Source: Octopus sinensis (taxonomy: Eukaryota). From it: a stretch of 64,000 nucleotides of DNA. A program made the position numbers and the translations under genes. Location: assembly GCF_006345805.1 (NCBI RefSeq), contig NC_043005.1, forward strand, positions 41,664,001 through 41,728,000, written 5' to 3'. How positions within the stretch are numbered: the stretch's first letter is position 1; every line of letters starts with the position of its first letter. Below are positions 13,951 to 27,273 of this stretch, piece after piece. The notes under the pieces are model-generated. The model made no database searches and had not been told where the DNA came from. It was given only the letters and a program-made list of their open reading frames with translations.

Positions 13951-15249
13951 CTGCAGTGTGTGAGACGATAAAGTTCCTCTTGTTAAAAGTCACCTGCAGA
14001 CGTTTTTTTTTTCCAGTTTTGATAACATTTTGTGTAATTAAGAATAGAGGAAAAATTTAATTTTTTTTTAGTAATAGATAGGCAACAAATAAATAAAATG
14101 TAAACAACTTAATAAAAACAAAATGGCTAACATGAAAAATTGCTCTGTAATCTTATATAATCATCCTGAAAGTATAGAAACCCGATAGAAAGAAATGTTT
14201 ACCTCATCTGCTAAAACATTTAGCTTTCTATGTAATGTAAAAATCGTTTTTCATCGATAATAAAGGAAAAACTAAGATTAACAGTGTTCCGTTGCTTTTG
14301 TATAGAGAAGAAATAATGAAATACCAGAATGCAATTTTTTTTTTATATTTTGAGGTTAAAATCATTCTTTGAACTATGAAAAATAAGAAAAGAAAAATAT
14401 ATTTAATTAAAAAAAGATGTTAACAAGATAATTTGATTTCCCAAGCAGATTTCTTATTGAAATAATAACAAAAAATGGTTTTCTGAGTATCGTATTCTAA
14501 TATAGTGGATTAACAAATTTCCAGTATAATTAGAATCTGAGAAAAATATTTCTGAAGAAAAACATTTGAAGTAAGAAAAAAGTAATTGATGTTCTGATTA
14601 TTTTCTTTGTGACAAGTAACTAATAATTAGTGCACTATATACAACGAAATATGCAATTGCCATACAGCAAAAAGTTAAGCTCTCAGAAATTCAAGAATGC
14701 CATTTCAATATATAGCCCAAGTCATTTCACTGTACAATACTAATGGCTTAAGAAAGGAACGATCTTCACAATAAATAATTTATTTGCCTGTACTAAAAAA
14801 GTGAGTTTCGTTTAGTTAAACAAAAACTGCTCGGAATGAAATAATTGCTGGCACTTTATCAAGAATTTATTAACAAAGCTTGTGATATTTCATCAAAACA
14901 TGTTAAGTTCACATACAGCATTTAGATACTTTAGTAGAAAGTTATGAATATTACAGATCCTCCTTTTCCCAATGAATCTAGAGAGACCTGTGACTTTTAA
15001 ATTGAGCTAGGTATTTTAATGATATATAGAGTTTCTGTTTTGTTGCTGACTTTAAGTTATTAATGTACCGTTCAAATCATTTTGGAGTATTTATTGGTAT
15101 TTAATAATAATTTAGTTAAATCAAAGTAGGAATTAACTTTTTAGATTAGATTTATGATCAAACATAGCAACAAACTATTAGTAATACATTATGAAGCCAC
15201 ATTTACGGATGAAACTTTTGGTCAACCAGGTAGCATTAGATATTTGTTT

Positions 15250-15797
15250 CAAATGTTGGTGTATGGCCAGGAATTTCAGGGGAGGAGGTAAATCAGTTAC
15301 ATTGACCACAATGCTCAACCGGTACTTATTTTAACGACTCCAAGAGAATGAAAGGCAAAGTCGACCTCGGCGGAATTTGAACTCAGAATGTAAAGGCGGA
15401 CGAAATGCCACTAAGCATTTTGCCTGGAGTGCTAACGATTTTGCCATCTCACCGTCCGAGAGAGAGCATTAAATATTTGTTTAAAATTTTGGTACAAGGT
15501 CAACAATTTCACGGAAAGGAGCTAAGTCGATTACATCGACCCAATGCTCGCCTGGTATCTACTTTATCGACCCTGAAAGGATGAAAGGCAAAGTTAACCC
15601 CGGTGATATTTAAACTAAAAATGCAAAGTCGAAAGATATGCTGCTGAGCATTTTATCGGGTACGGTATCTATTCTGCCAGTCGTCGCCTCAGATAGTATT
15701 AAGTATTCCTTTGTACTATTGGCACAAGGCCTGAAATTTAGAGGATTGGGGGTTACTAGATTACATCGACCCCAGTGCTCAACTGGTACTTTATTCA
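15250..15797 (-). mobile_element. Three head-to-tail copies of SINE family D (about 15250-15454, 15480-15690, partial 15720-15797)
   Basis: Repeated GTCGATTACATCGACCCCAGTGCTCAACTGGTACTT and GAAAGGCAAAGTCGACCTCGGCGGAATTTGAACTC blocks. Confidence 0.85.
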
Positions 15798-16117
15798 TAC
15801 AACATTAAAACGTACAAATATAACTCTACTATATACGTAGTTAATGTGGATAATAAAACGATATTCTTTTGTAATTTCTGCTGGATAAATTATTTTCGAT
15901 AGAAAATTACATTTGTTATATATATAAGTGAATCAAAGAAAAACGGCTGGAATATGTACCCTTTCAGATCTTTCCAACTAGTGGGACTGATACAACTTGA
16001 ACACCTGAACGACGGAGTAATCAGAATAAATTGATGAGTGTGCGAGGAAGGGTCATATGAAATGTTTAGTTCTTGGCCTGTGGTGTGATGAGGTCTGTAG
16101 GGCAATATATTCAGGTA

Positions 16118-16953
16118 ATGAAGTAATCAATAGACGTCACTGAACTATGAAGTAATCAATAGATGTCACTGAACTATGAAGAGCAAAGAAACACCATGCT
16201 TAGTGAGCTAGAATTTGAGGTCATTTAGAACTTGTAAGTTTGCCAGAAGGTTGAATGGGTTTTTGTTCAATTTCGTCTCGGATTAATGTGTGTCTAGTAG
16301 TATTACCGCTCATTGAGGAGAATACAGTTTCAGCTTTGTAGAGAGTTTTAAGGATTAGAATAAAGTACTTTTTTTGTTCTAATATTATTACTCATACTGC
16401 TCAACTGAAGGCTTCAGAACAGAAGTAGTTCTCTGATTTCAACTGAAAGCAGTTGCCTCGAATAGTAAACATCGAACCTTGTAGCTTAATGTCCAGTTAG
16501 AATGAAATAAAAAGAGCAACAAGTAGAAAAGAATTCGGTCAATTATTACTGAGTTCAAAGAAACCAAAAATATTAACCGAAAGTTACAGAAACCAAAAAG
16601 TCAAAGAAACCAAAAATATTAACCGAAAGTTACCCGGTCTGATATCCAGTTAGTAAGAAGCAAAAACTTTCCACAAAACTTGTGACACTTCAGAGAATAT
16701 CGACCCCCAAATGTGTTACAAGAACATATTTTCATTCTTAACGGTGTTATCAGTATATACCAGAGTCAAAATATCCACATATTTAAAAAAAAACCACCTT
16801 CCAAGACTTTCCATTCGCCTGGGTATTTGTTTCTGCCCCATGAAAATAATGAAAAAATAAAATTATTTTGAATTTCAGCAGTTGAAAATTCAGAGAGTAA
16901 TAGTCATGTTATCAGTATATACCAGAGTCGAAATATCCACATATCTAAAAAAA
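16118..16953. repeat. Cluster of short direct duplications
   Basis: 29-bp tandem 16118-16175; 32-bp repeat 16556-16587/16602-16633; about 47-bp repeat 16745-16791/16907-16953. Confidence 0.8.
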
Positions 16954-17354
16954 GAAAAACAGTCCAAACAATTAAAGAAATAGCTCGGGCTTTTGAAAAT
17001 TAGTAAAGATTTACATCGCAATCCATAAGATGCTCCAGAAGTCAGTCAAACATTTGGATTACATTGTAAGAATACCGTATTTTTAAAGTAAAGTTAAAAC
17101 ATTTCATTTCGAGTTTCCGGTTAGAAGATTTTGCTTATTTAAAGCAATAATTTCCTTCTAGTTCCTTAAGGTGGTAATACAAATTTAACGGTTTCTAGTG
17201 TTAAAAAAAAATGGAAACACTATATGCATGAATAAAATATCACAAAGAGTATATCACAGTCTCTTGAAATTATCTAAAATATAAACTAGGACCAAACGTA
17301 GGCAAGCTGGATGGTAGAGAAATGCAAATCATTACAATGTTGGCTGTATTGAAA

Positions 17355-17530
17355 AGCGGTGAGCTGGCAGGTATGTCTATGTTCTGAGTTCATATTCCGC
17401 CGAGGTCGACTTTGCCTTTCATCCTTTCGGGGTCGATAAGTTAAGTACCAGTTGCGTACTGGGGTCAATCTAATTGACTGGTCCCCTTCCCCCAAATTTC
17501 GGGCCTTGTGCTTAGTGTAGAAAAGAATAT
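17355..17530 (+). mobile_element. SINE family D with internal head deletion and 13-bp TSD
   Basis: GAGTTCATATTCC B-box-like, GCCTTTCATCCTTTCGGGGTCGATAA core; GGCTGTATTGAAA at 17342-17354 and 17532-17544. Confidence 0.9.
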
Positions 17531-17960
17531 GGGCTGTATTGAAACGCACAACGCATTAAAAATATTGCACAAGTTTGACAAGACGACAACTATTGGTAGA
17601 TAACATCCATCCCAACGTCGAAAGGGCATCTTTATTAGTCACAAAGCTAGACATGTGAAGGGTTTCAATAAAAGTCAATTATACCAACAACAACAACATC
17701 AACAACAACCCAGCAATAGTTGGCGTCGTCATAGTGGTCTAAAGACTCGGATTAAGAAGCGAGGGAAAATACTTGAGGATTTTAAGAGTGTGGTTGTAGT
17801 TCAAATCAATTCAATAGGAAGTTGCGGTCCAGAATAGTGATAGACATAAGCAGAATATTCCTATGTTGTGCTGTTTATTGTATCACGACAATATAAAGGA
17901 CAAGAGGCTGCTGAATATATACAGACTACATTGATGTGAAATATATATTTCCTATTTGGC

Positions 17961-18175
17961 ACGGAGTCTGGATAGATTCCTTCAAAGAATACCAGATAAG
18001 CCACCCATAATTGGATACAACTCACCCAACAAGAACTCACTACTTGAACAAAACTTGACTTAAACAAAACTTGCCTTAAACAGGATTCGAATAATCCTAT
18101 CAGGTGGTGCTATTAAGTTAGACATGGCCTGGACCAATCTTTGGTCGAAACATATCTAAGTTTATCTAAGTTTAT
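17961..18175 (+). mobile_element. CR1-clade LINE family 2, 3' fragment
   Basis: Near-identical to about 37903-38090 apart from a 16-bp internal duplication; (TCTAAGTTTA)n tail. Confidence 0.9.
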
Positions 18176-18204
18176 CAAAAGGGCAGGGATGATCATGTGG
18201 ATAG

Positions 18205-18590
18205 AGAAACGGAATGTTAGAAGTGCGCTTCATCAAGTGCTTTGAGGTTCAACGTCCCTGCGCGACACCTTAGGAACGGGACTTCTACTTCAGACCTAGC
18301 CCGAATAATGAGTGGATGCACGTTGTATTTACATACATACACGTGTACATATACACAGACACACACGTGTGTGTGTGCGTGCACGCGTGTCATTGTATTT
18401 GTGCTCGTCCTCCAATCATTGAAAACGAGTGTTGGTGTGTTTCTGTCCCTTTTACAAAATACTTCGGCAACAGAACCGATAGGGTAAGCACTAGATTTGA
18501 GATAAGCATTGGTATTGATTTTACTGACTATCCCTACACGGTGGGGGTTCCAGCATGGTTTCACTGCCATAGCTGAAACTAGTAAACAGG
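18205..18590 (+). mobile_element. Decayed SINE family C with internal CA/TG microsatellite
   Basis: Colinear diverged match to 19372-19798 including the CCAGCATGG...GCTGAAAC tail. Confidence 0.65.
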
Positions 18591-19136
18591 TAGGTATACA
18601 TGAGCAAAAACATAGATAAACGTAAACATACATAAACATATTTAAGCATAGATAAGTCTACGTAAACATACATATACATAAAATGCAAAAAAATGTATAT
18701 AAACATAAAGAAATAAATACATATATAAACAAAAACAAAAATAGACATAAAGCATAAGCGTTAACAAATAGAAAATATTGAAGGATATTCGGAAAAATAC
18801 AGAGGTTGTTAATATTTCATTTGGAGAAATCTAAAAAGTGAGAAATCAAAGTAATGAAATTCACAAAAAAACATATTGTTGCTGATTAAATTAAGAATAT
18901 TTTTTGCGAACTTAAAATGATTTAAAAACTTTAAAAAATCATTTGAAAAATAAAAATAAATTTATTTTGAAAGCGAAATTAGCGAAGTGTAGTAATTAAA
19001 TAAAAGAGATAAATAAATCTAATTACATAGCTTGTTCAAGTAATTCAAACAAGAACCATGACAAGTTGATAAATAAATATGTAAATGGAATGGATAGGTA
19101 AACATAATTACAATTAGGGAGAAAAAGAAAGAGAAT

Positions 19137-19179
<43 letters not shown>

Positions 19180-19371
19180 GAATTATAGAAAATAGAATGC
19201 ATAAAATGAAATGATGCTGTAAAACTAAAATATATGTGCAAAGGAAAACAAGAGAAAGGATAGACGGCACAATTATTCCTACAATGCACAGACTAATAAC
19301 GAATGACAAGAGAGGAAAAGGGACCAAGAAAAGAAGTGATAAAAAGTGAAAACAAAGTGTATTATCAGTAT

Positions 19372-19537
19372 AGGCGTAGGCGTGGCAGTGTGGTAAGTAG
19401 CTTGCTTACGAACCACATGGTTCCGGGTTCAGTCCCACTGCGTGGCACCTTGGGCAAGTGTCTTCTACTATAGCCTCGGGCCGACCAAAGCCTTGTGAGT
19501 GGATTTGGTGGACGGAAACTGAAAGAAGCTCGTCGTA

Positions 19538-19576
<39 letters not shown>

Positions 19577-19798
19577 GTGTGTATATGTTTGTGTGTCTGT
19601 GTTTGTTCCCCCGACATCGCTTGACAACCGATGCTGGTGTGTTTACGTCCCCATAACTTAGCGGTTCGGCAAAAGTGACCGATAGAATAAAGACTAGGCT
19701 TACAAAGAATAAGTCCTGGGGTCGATTTGCTCGACTAAAGGCGGTGCTCCAGCATTGCCGCAGTCAAATGACTGAAACAAGTAAAAGAGTAAAAGAGT
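19372..19798 (+). mobile_element. Full-length SINE family C with internal (TA)n/(TG)n
   Basis: A-box TGGCAGTGTGG, B-box GGTTCAGTCCC, core CACCTTGGGCAAGTGTCTT, tail GGCGGTGCTCCAGCATTGCCGCAGTCAAATGACTGAAAC and (GTAAAAGA)n. Confidence 0.9.
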
Positions 19799-19864
19799 AT
19801 AATGATAATAAGATTTAAAGCTGTCTTTGTAGTATTTTGAACATAGAAACACACTTTGAATGAT

Positions 19865-20088
19865 ATTCTTTTCTTTTCTACTCTACTCTAGACACAAGGC
19901 CCGAAGTTTTTTTTTGGTGGAGCAGTCGATTAGATCGACCCCAGTACTGGTACTTAATTTATCGACCCCGAAAGGATGCAAAGCAATGTCGACCTCGGCG
20001 GAATTTGAACTCAGAACGTAGCGGCAGACGAAATATCTCTAAGCATTTCAGCCGGCGTGCTAATGATTACTGCCAGCTCACCGCCTTA
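19865..20088 (-). mobile_element. SINE family D
   Basis: Full head and core on the minus strand; imperfect direct repeat CACTTTGAATGATATT / CATTTTGAATGCTATT flanking. Confidence 0.9.
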
Positions 20089-21430
20089 CATTTTGAATGC
20101 TATTAAAAGTCGACATGTTGCGCAATGTTTCAATAAGTCGTTGTTAGGATTTTTTTTTTGTTTAATCCTTTGCTAGGCCGAATTAAGAAGGAATTTTATC
20201 CAGTCTTTATTTCAGCTTCATGTTTATCGGTTTACATTAATGTATCTTTTCTATTATTTTAATAGGGTGAGCTTGTGATTGAAGAGGAAATTTGCCAGTT
20301 ATTTCTTGTAGGTCGACAACAGCAAGGATCCTTAACCGTTGGACCTTCATTAAGAATGGAAATGAAACATAGGACTGTTTTGTTTTTTCTTTTCGTCAAA
20401 TAAACTATTCTTTACTACAATCACAGAACAGAAATTAGATTTAAAAAGGTGAAACTATTAAACGAAAGATAATTTGTAGACTCAAGGATTACACCCTATT
20501 AACTTGCAGGCTTACATTGCCGGTTTCAATTATCTGGTTTATTTAATCCATCGTGTTCAATAAAAGGCCGTTTGTTGTAACAAGTGATAAAAAAAGCAGG
20601 CTATATTTCAAATATATTGTTTATGGATCGCTGTTTTAGAGGAAAATACTTTTGGTATAATGGAATCTACTTAATTTGATCACTATAGAAACACGGTACT
20701 TTTGGTGATGTTTCATTAGGCATATCATGCCAATGTTTTCTCTGAAGAATCTACAAGTTTGTATTCCGCTATGAGCAACATGTCTTAGACAAATCATTTC
20801 TTACATCATGCACCTTTTAGAGAGACAACAGAGCAAGACAAAACACAAGAAGATGATGACGAGGAGGAGGAGGAAGGTGATGACGAGGAGGAGGAGGAAG
20901 AGGATGAGAAGGAGGAGAAAGAGGTGTGGATACTGTTAGAGCGAAAGGCTAATAAGTTAAAAAGGATTAATGAAAGTCGCCTACTTTAAGGTTATTATAT
21001 AGTTTAATTATAATTACATGAACATATGGTAGCTGCTCGAAGTACAGAGAAAGATAAAAGTTAGACTATTTAATATTTAGAGTTGAAATGACCGATTACT
21101 CCTTTAAAACGATGCCTCTTCTTGACTGAAACTAGTACAAGAGTAAAGTAGTATACTTCATGAGAGTTAACAATCGCTCGATGGCAGGGGTTCGCTCCCA
21201 TGCTTGCAATATATCGGACACAGGTTGTGTCATTAACCAGCTGGATGTGTTCTCCTGAGTTTAAAAAACAGTAGTAACATCGTTCCGTACGGAACAGCTA
21301 TGTTGAAGTAGTAACAAATATTATTTATCAGTAGAGTTACTACTTGCATCTATTACAGCAATTTTAGAACTAGCTAATTCGTAGATATATATATATATGT
21401 CATAGTGTTTAAGTGAAGGCGCATGGCTAA

Positions 21431-21766
21431 GTGAAGGCGCATGGCTCAGTGGTTAGAGCGTCGAGCTTACGATCGTGAGGTTGTGAGCTCGAATCCCGGA
21501 CCGGGCTGCGTGTTGTGTTCTTGAGCAAGGCACTTTATTTCACGTTGCTCCAGTTCACTCAGCTGTAGAAATGAGTTGCGACGTCACTGGTGCCAAGCTG
21601 TATCGACCTTTGTCTTTCCCTGGATAACACTGGTGGCGTGGAGAGGGGAGGCTGGTATGCATGGGCGACTGCTGGTCTTCCATAAAAAACCTTGCCCGGA
21701 CTTGTGTCTAGGAGGGTAACTTTCTAGGTGCAATCCCATGGTCATTCATGACCGAAGGGGGTCTTT
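21431..21766 (+). mobile_element. SINE family A, preceded by an 18-bp duplication of its own 5' end
   Basis: Near-identical to 1490-1832; AAGTGAAGGCGCATGGCT at 21411-21428 and 21429-21446. Confidence 0.9.
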
Positions 21767-21810
21767 CTTCTTCTTCTTTCATCTTGTTTATGTTACTGTG
21801 AATTGGTGGT

Positions 21811-21938
21811 TGAACAAAAGTCGACAGAATAAGTACCGGACTTCAGAAAAATAAGTACTGCGGTCGATCTGTCTGATTAAACCCCTTCAAACCAGTTCCC
21901 CAGTGTGGAGCGGTCCAATGGCCGAAACAATTAGAAGA
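21811..21938 (+). mobile_element. SINE family C 3' remnant
   Basis: GACAGAATAAGTACC...AATAAGTACTGCGGTCGAT...CCCCAGTGTGG...GAAAC. Confidence 0.6.
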
Positions 21939-22100
21939 TGGGAGATTTGATAAAAGTGGTGATAAGAATAGCCCAGTTAACCTTCAATCTCCCAATATTT
22001 TCTTCTATGTCAATGAGAGTGTTAACATTTTATTGGGATCTGGAATAAATTATAGTCAATGTAAACAGTCATCAATAGAAATAATTGTTAGTTTCCTTAC

Positions 22101-22277
22101 CGTGTCTGAGACTTCCGACATCCCAAAGGCGGCTTTTTCTTTCGTCTCTCCGGGACCGAAAAAAAGATGTGCTAAACTAAGTATTTGGATGTAACCCTCT
22201 ATCCCACTAACTGTCACATTTTTTAATGTCGGCTGAGTCACGGGATCGAGACTTAATGGGTGTTGATATCTGGTTAC
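22101..22277 (-). CDS. Candidate internal exon, unknown product
   Basis: 177 nt, one open frame (VTRYQHPLSLDPVTQPTLKNVTVSGIEGYIQILSLAHLFFGPGETKEKAAFGMSEVSDT), donor ACG|GTAAGG, weak acceptor, GC above background. Confidence 0.3.
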
Positions 22278-22420
22278 CTATACACAGCTATCTACCTGAT
22301 GTGACGTTTACGTTTACTTATTAATTTACCCATTATTTAAATTTCAGTTGAGAAAAAATTAAAGGCGATGGTGAAGGCAAAAGGTAGCCATTTTGAATTA
22401 TAAATATGCGTAATATTTTA

Positions 22421-22635
22421 TTATTCATCTTTTATTTGTTTCGGTCACTAGACTGCGGCAATGCTGGAGCACTGTCCTGAAGAATTCTAGTCGACTGAAT
22501 CAAGATAAGTACTTATTTTTTTTAAAAGCCTGATAAGTTACAGGCATGTAAATACACTAACATCGGTAGTCAAGTGATGGTAAGGGATAAACACAAACAC
22601 AAAGACACACACACATACACACACACACACACACA

Positions 22636-22706
<71 letters not shown>

Positions 22707-22869
22707 GTCGGGCTTCTTTCAGTTTCTGTCTACCAAATCCACTCATAAGGCTTTGGTTGGTCCGAAGCTATTGTAGAAATACTTGCCCAAGGTGACACGC
22801 AGTGGGACCGAACCCGAAACCATGTGGTTAGGAAGCAAGCTTCTTACCACATATTCACGCCTGCGCCTA
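22421..22869 (-). mobile_element. SINE family C with internal (CA)n/(TA)n
   Basis: Head 22705-22869 and tail 22421-22540 are reverse-complement matches to 19372-19798. Confidence 0.85.
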
Positions 22870-24599
22870 TATATTGTGGATAAATATAACAATCATTCTG
22901 TAAAGTTTCATTAACTAAAATCTAAAACATTTATTGCTATACTTGAGGAAGGTCATATTTTGCTAATTAAACACATGCACTATAGCTTTAATATTATTCA
23001 CTTCAGCTTTATTATTATCATTTTTTTAAATGATAATGAGTACGAGAGTCACGCTATACTCAAAGCGATTAATGATTCGACTGGAAGATTGAAACCGAAC
23101 TATACACTATTTTATAGCAGTTTTATCACTGAAACCTTTCTTCAGGCACCTTAGGAACTTTTTATCGTCTTTTTCTTTACACTGATAGAATTACACAAAA
23201 TTGGTTATGTAAAGCTTTTGAAGATAACAGGAAATTAACCCCCAGCATCCAATACTAAGCGAATCTTTTGATAATTTCTTTTCATCATTAAGATTTCAAT
23301 TGAATCTAACAAGCTTGAGATAACCCGGGAACATATAAATAATCCCATTAATTTTACCAATGCCTTTTCAGATTATGGAAAACTTCTTTAGCTTTAAACA
23401 TTTTTCAGATAAGCAGATTGATAGAGGATTTATCATTACATACTAATTAATTTATTGTCGAACCCAGTTGCTAAACGTATTCATCAAATAATTATCAGAA
23501 TGATAGATACGTTTTGAAGAAAGTTGAATATATTTAATTTGATTTTTAAGATGAACTAAAAATATAAGAATATCACTTGTCAAAACTTGTATTGGTGAAT
23601 GGTGCCTGTTGAACGTATTTGTGCATGTGAAAGATATTATTGTATGTAGGTGAATCGCCTTGTGCACGTGTGTGTATGTATTTGTTTTCGATTTTAATGA
23701 CACCAATAATAATAATTTTATATTTAACACCTCGCAGGGTTACAGTTTTAGGGAAGATAGAAAGGATGTGATGTTCGTAGTTTTGGGAACGCTATTAATG
23801 CGAGTTAAAGTGATGTTGTTTCAAATCAGAAGCGAGACTGGTTCACAAAGTTTGAGGCCTTATTTGAAGGAGTTCGTCACATTTTAGTTAAAATACGAGC
23901 TTTTTTCTTAAGGATAAATATTAATATTCAATAAACATTACCAGTATTTAGTGCTATAAAATAATAGGAACCCCTATGTGGACACTTGACCTGCTAGAAT
24001 ATGCAGACAAATAATTTTCAAATTACATCACACATTTTTAAAGCAGGATACACTGGTTATAATATTCATGCGCACATGATATAATATGCACAAAAATAAA
24101 ACATAATATCATAATTAGAATGCGCTTGATCATAACCTTGCTGAAGCAATGCTACATAAAATCATCAATGCAAAGCTGACCCTGGCAGTACTTCAGTGTA
24201 GAGGAATGGTATAAGTAGAGTTGTGAAATACTGTAACATATAAGATAATTAAAGCCACAAAGTAGTGGCAAGATAACTGCACAAACACTGGAAACGAAGA
24301 AGCTGCACAACAGATGTTGTTATAATTCTTTAACTATAAACCAGACCTAATTAAGCGGACCTGTAATGAAGGCATATCTGTTGAGATAATCCGTCGTTTA
24401 CAGGACTGGATTATGTAATATTTCCATTATTTATTTTATACTGTGATTAGAAGGAGGTTTTGTTGCCATTTCTAGCTTATCAACTGAGCTCGTAGGGTCT
24501 CCCTCACATGACTGAGACAACGTAACACAATTTTTAAATAAAACTAATGATATTTCTGTCTATTACGGATGTGATTTTAATTAATTTTTGACATATCTA

Positions 24600-25950
24600 C
24601 GCTTTTAATTAATTTTTGACAAATCTACACAATCACCCACCTTCAGTATTAAAATGTTTAGCAAAAAGTGTGTCGAATAGAATTTCCAGGCTCTCTGCAA
24701 GTGAAGCAATATTTAATTCACATGCTGTTTATTTCAATGCAGCATTGACCAGTGCTGGATACAATGGGGAAAAAATAAATATACACCTAAAAATAGAATA
24801 GCTAACCAATATGAATATGAAAATAGTGAAAAAAATCAACATGTATAGAGGTAGGTGTGCTAGTGTACATAAAGAATATGCAAATTTTAGGGTTAGTTTC
24901 ATGGAAGAGAAAGGTATAAACTTAACAAAACAAATTAATGGAATAAAAATAAATAGTAATAGATATCGAAAGGGTAATATTGTTAATAGAAATATAAGAG
25001 CATCCTTTAATTTCAATCTGGATAACTCTACCAAGCACTTTAACCATTACATTAAACCTAATAATAAATCTAATAAATTTGGTAGAGAATTTTCTTCGCA
25101 TTAGATCGACATTTCCCTAAATGAAGTAGATACTATAAATTTTTTAACAGGCATATGATGAAACTGTCCTATGCAAAGTCAAATGTCCTCGAATAATATA
25201 TTCATAAACTTAACAATAGGAAGCAGAATCTAGTAATCACAAATCCTAAAAATATCGTCCAGAATAGAGTTGATCAAGAAAGTAGGGAAAACTATAATAG
25301 TGGCGGGCAAAATAATGGTAGTCCAGTTGATATAAGCGGAAATATCAAATTTTGCTGACATAATATGGGTAACAACAAGAATGAAAAAGCATTAATATCA
25401 ATAACTGTGAGAGTGACAGTGATGGGTACAATGAAAATAAAAATAACAATGGTACAATAACAACACCACTAGTTAGAAAGACATGGAAACAAATACAAGG
25501 GCTAGCCTGACTCCAAATAGTGATATAAAAATGCAACTGTAGAGATAAGAAAACATATCATCTGTCAAACGAGTTCTTCTGTAAAAACATTATACACAGA
25601 TATATTGTAAGAACAAGTGCACATGGATTGCATAATTTGGTGCAACGACCGATAGCAACAAGAATCACTATAAGGACCATGCAATATAATTTAGAAACAA
25701 CTGCAAGAGGAAATGCACATCACTTGTGGAACTTATATGGGACCTCAAACAAAAAAAACGATACAATACAGCACAATTTGGAGAGTGGTACGAAATGCCT
25801 GTCCGTATAGCGCATACTCAAAAGCACGTAACTTTTTCCTTGAAGAGACACTAGAAATAATATTACGCACCCAGAAATTATTTTAAAATGTACTCATAGA
25901 ATTAAAAGCTCGTTTTTGTAGTTTCGAAAGAATATGTGATGTTTAAAGTT
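24600..25950 (+). mobile_element. Decayed Penelope-like element (Neptune-like RT thumb, linker, GIY-YIG)
   Basis: HNHPPSVLKCLAKSVSNRISRLSASEAIFN...ALTSAGY; NKFGREF; CNCRDKK...CKNII; fragmented by stops and frameshifts. Confidence 0.7.
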
Positions 25951-26635
25951 ATATTAATACTTCATTTACGCAAAAATATTATAGGAGAAAATCAATGGGA
26001 AACTATTGGTGGATGCAGTAGTGCTCTCGAACCCATTCAGTTGAAAACGTGCAGGATCACAGCTATTGTTGGATCATATCAATGCAACAATGTATCTAAC
26101 ATGTGAAATGCTAATCAATTACCTGCTGATAATGGTTCGCTGAAACAATTGTAGTGATTTGGATTAAAATCATTTCATTCTATCTTCTTATATTGTATTC
26201 TTTTTGTATGAATTCTGCAGATATTAATTGATTTCCACGTGTATATGCAATAAAAAGAGAATTCCGGTTGTATGATATCGATACCCGTACGGAAGCTTCG
26301 TAAAGCATGCTAGAAAGTTATTTATCAGATGATATTAAATATACTTAGATATATGATGTATCTCCAAATACCCGAGTAAACATTCATAAATATTTACGTA
26401 CATGCACAGAAGAATATTCAACTTGTAATATTGAAGAAAGCAGTATTGTAGAATGTAACGTTTATAATATGACGAAATGGTCTACGCAAGTTATTGAATT
26501 ATCAGGTTATTTTCAAAAGACATGGATTCTCTTCCCCTTCATAACTAATGCTGGGAGTAAATGAAGCCATCAAGTTATGAGAAAATCGCGATTCATTATT
26601 GAACTTCTGAAGGCTTTGAGCTGGCAGAATATATA

Positions 26636-26722
26636 AGCAGTTGAGTGCTGGAGTCGATATAATCGACTAGCCCCCAGCTTAAAAAATGTCAGGACTTGTG
26701 CCTACAGCAGGAAAGGTTATTG
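26636..26722 (+). mobile_element. SINE family D 3' remnant
   Basis: CAGTTGAGTGCTGGAGTCGATATAATCGACT...CTTGTGCCTA. Confidence 0.6.
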
Positions 26723-27228
26723 AGGCTTTTGACAGTTATAGTTTCTCCAAAGAGGAGAAAAGTTGAAAAATTTATTTTAAATGTTTTGAGGATTGGTTAG
26801 TAAATAGAATATGCAACATGTTTCATGCAAGTACTGTGTACGCATACACACAAATAGACATATATGAACCTTTTTTATGCACTATGATGCGAAAATTAAT
26901 TCTTGTTGAATGTTACCATATTTTTCCCTTTGCATTACAGAGTGTAAATATATCTAAAAATTAATACAGATATTGCGAGAAATTACGTACACACATCGTT
27001 TACACACGGATATATGAACACCATAAGAAGTGTGCAGTTGGGTTGTTCCACATATATTTTTTTAGCCTAATGCATGCCTGAGAGAAGTATTAAATGCATT
27101 CCCTTGCACTAATTTGGATGTGTCATGCTATTAAATCACTCCATTTTATGCTTTTCGGATAATTTTATTAATTGTTAATGATAGAAAATTTCAGTTGCAA
27201 GTTATGAATATTTCCTTCCATGTTAAAA

Positions 27229-27273
<45 letters not shown>

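Noticed and set aside
15250-16953. Regularly recurring repeats resembling a CRISPR array
   Set aside because: Repeats are long, diverged SINE copies or local duplications; there are no constant repeats with unique spacers and no cas genes, and the context is eukaryotic.
20821-20923. Acidic ETTEQDKTQEDDDEEEE... frame with possible AG/GT ends
   Set aside because: Explained by a GAG/GAT trinucleotide tract; splice signals are weak.
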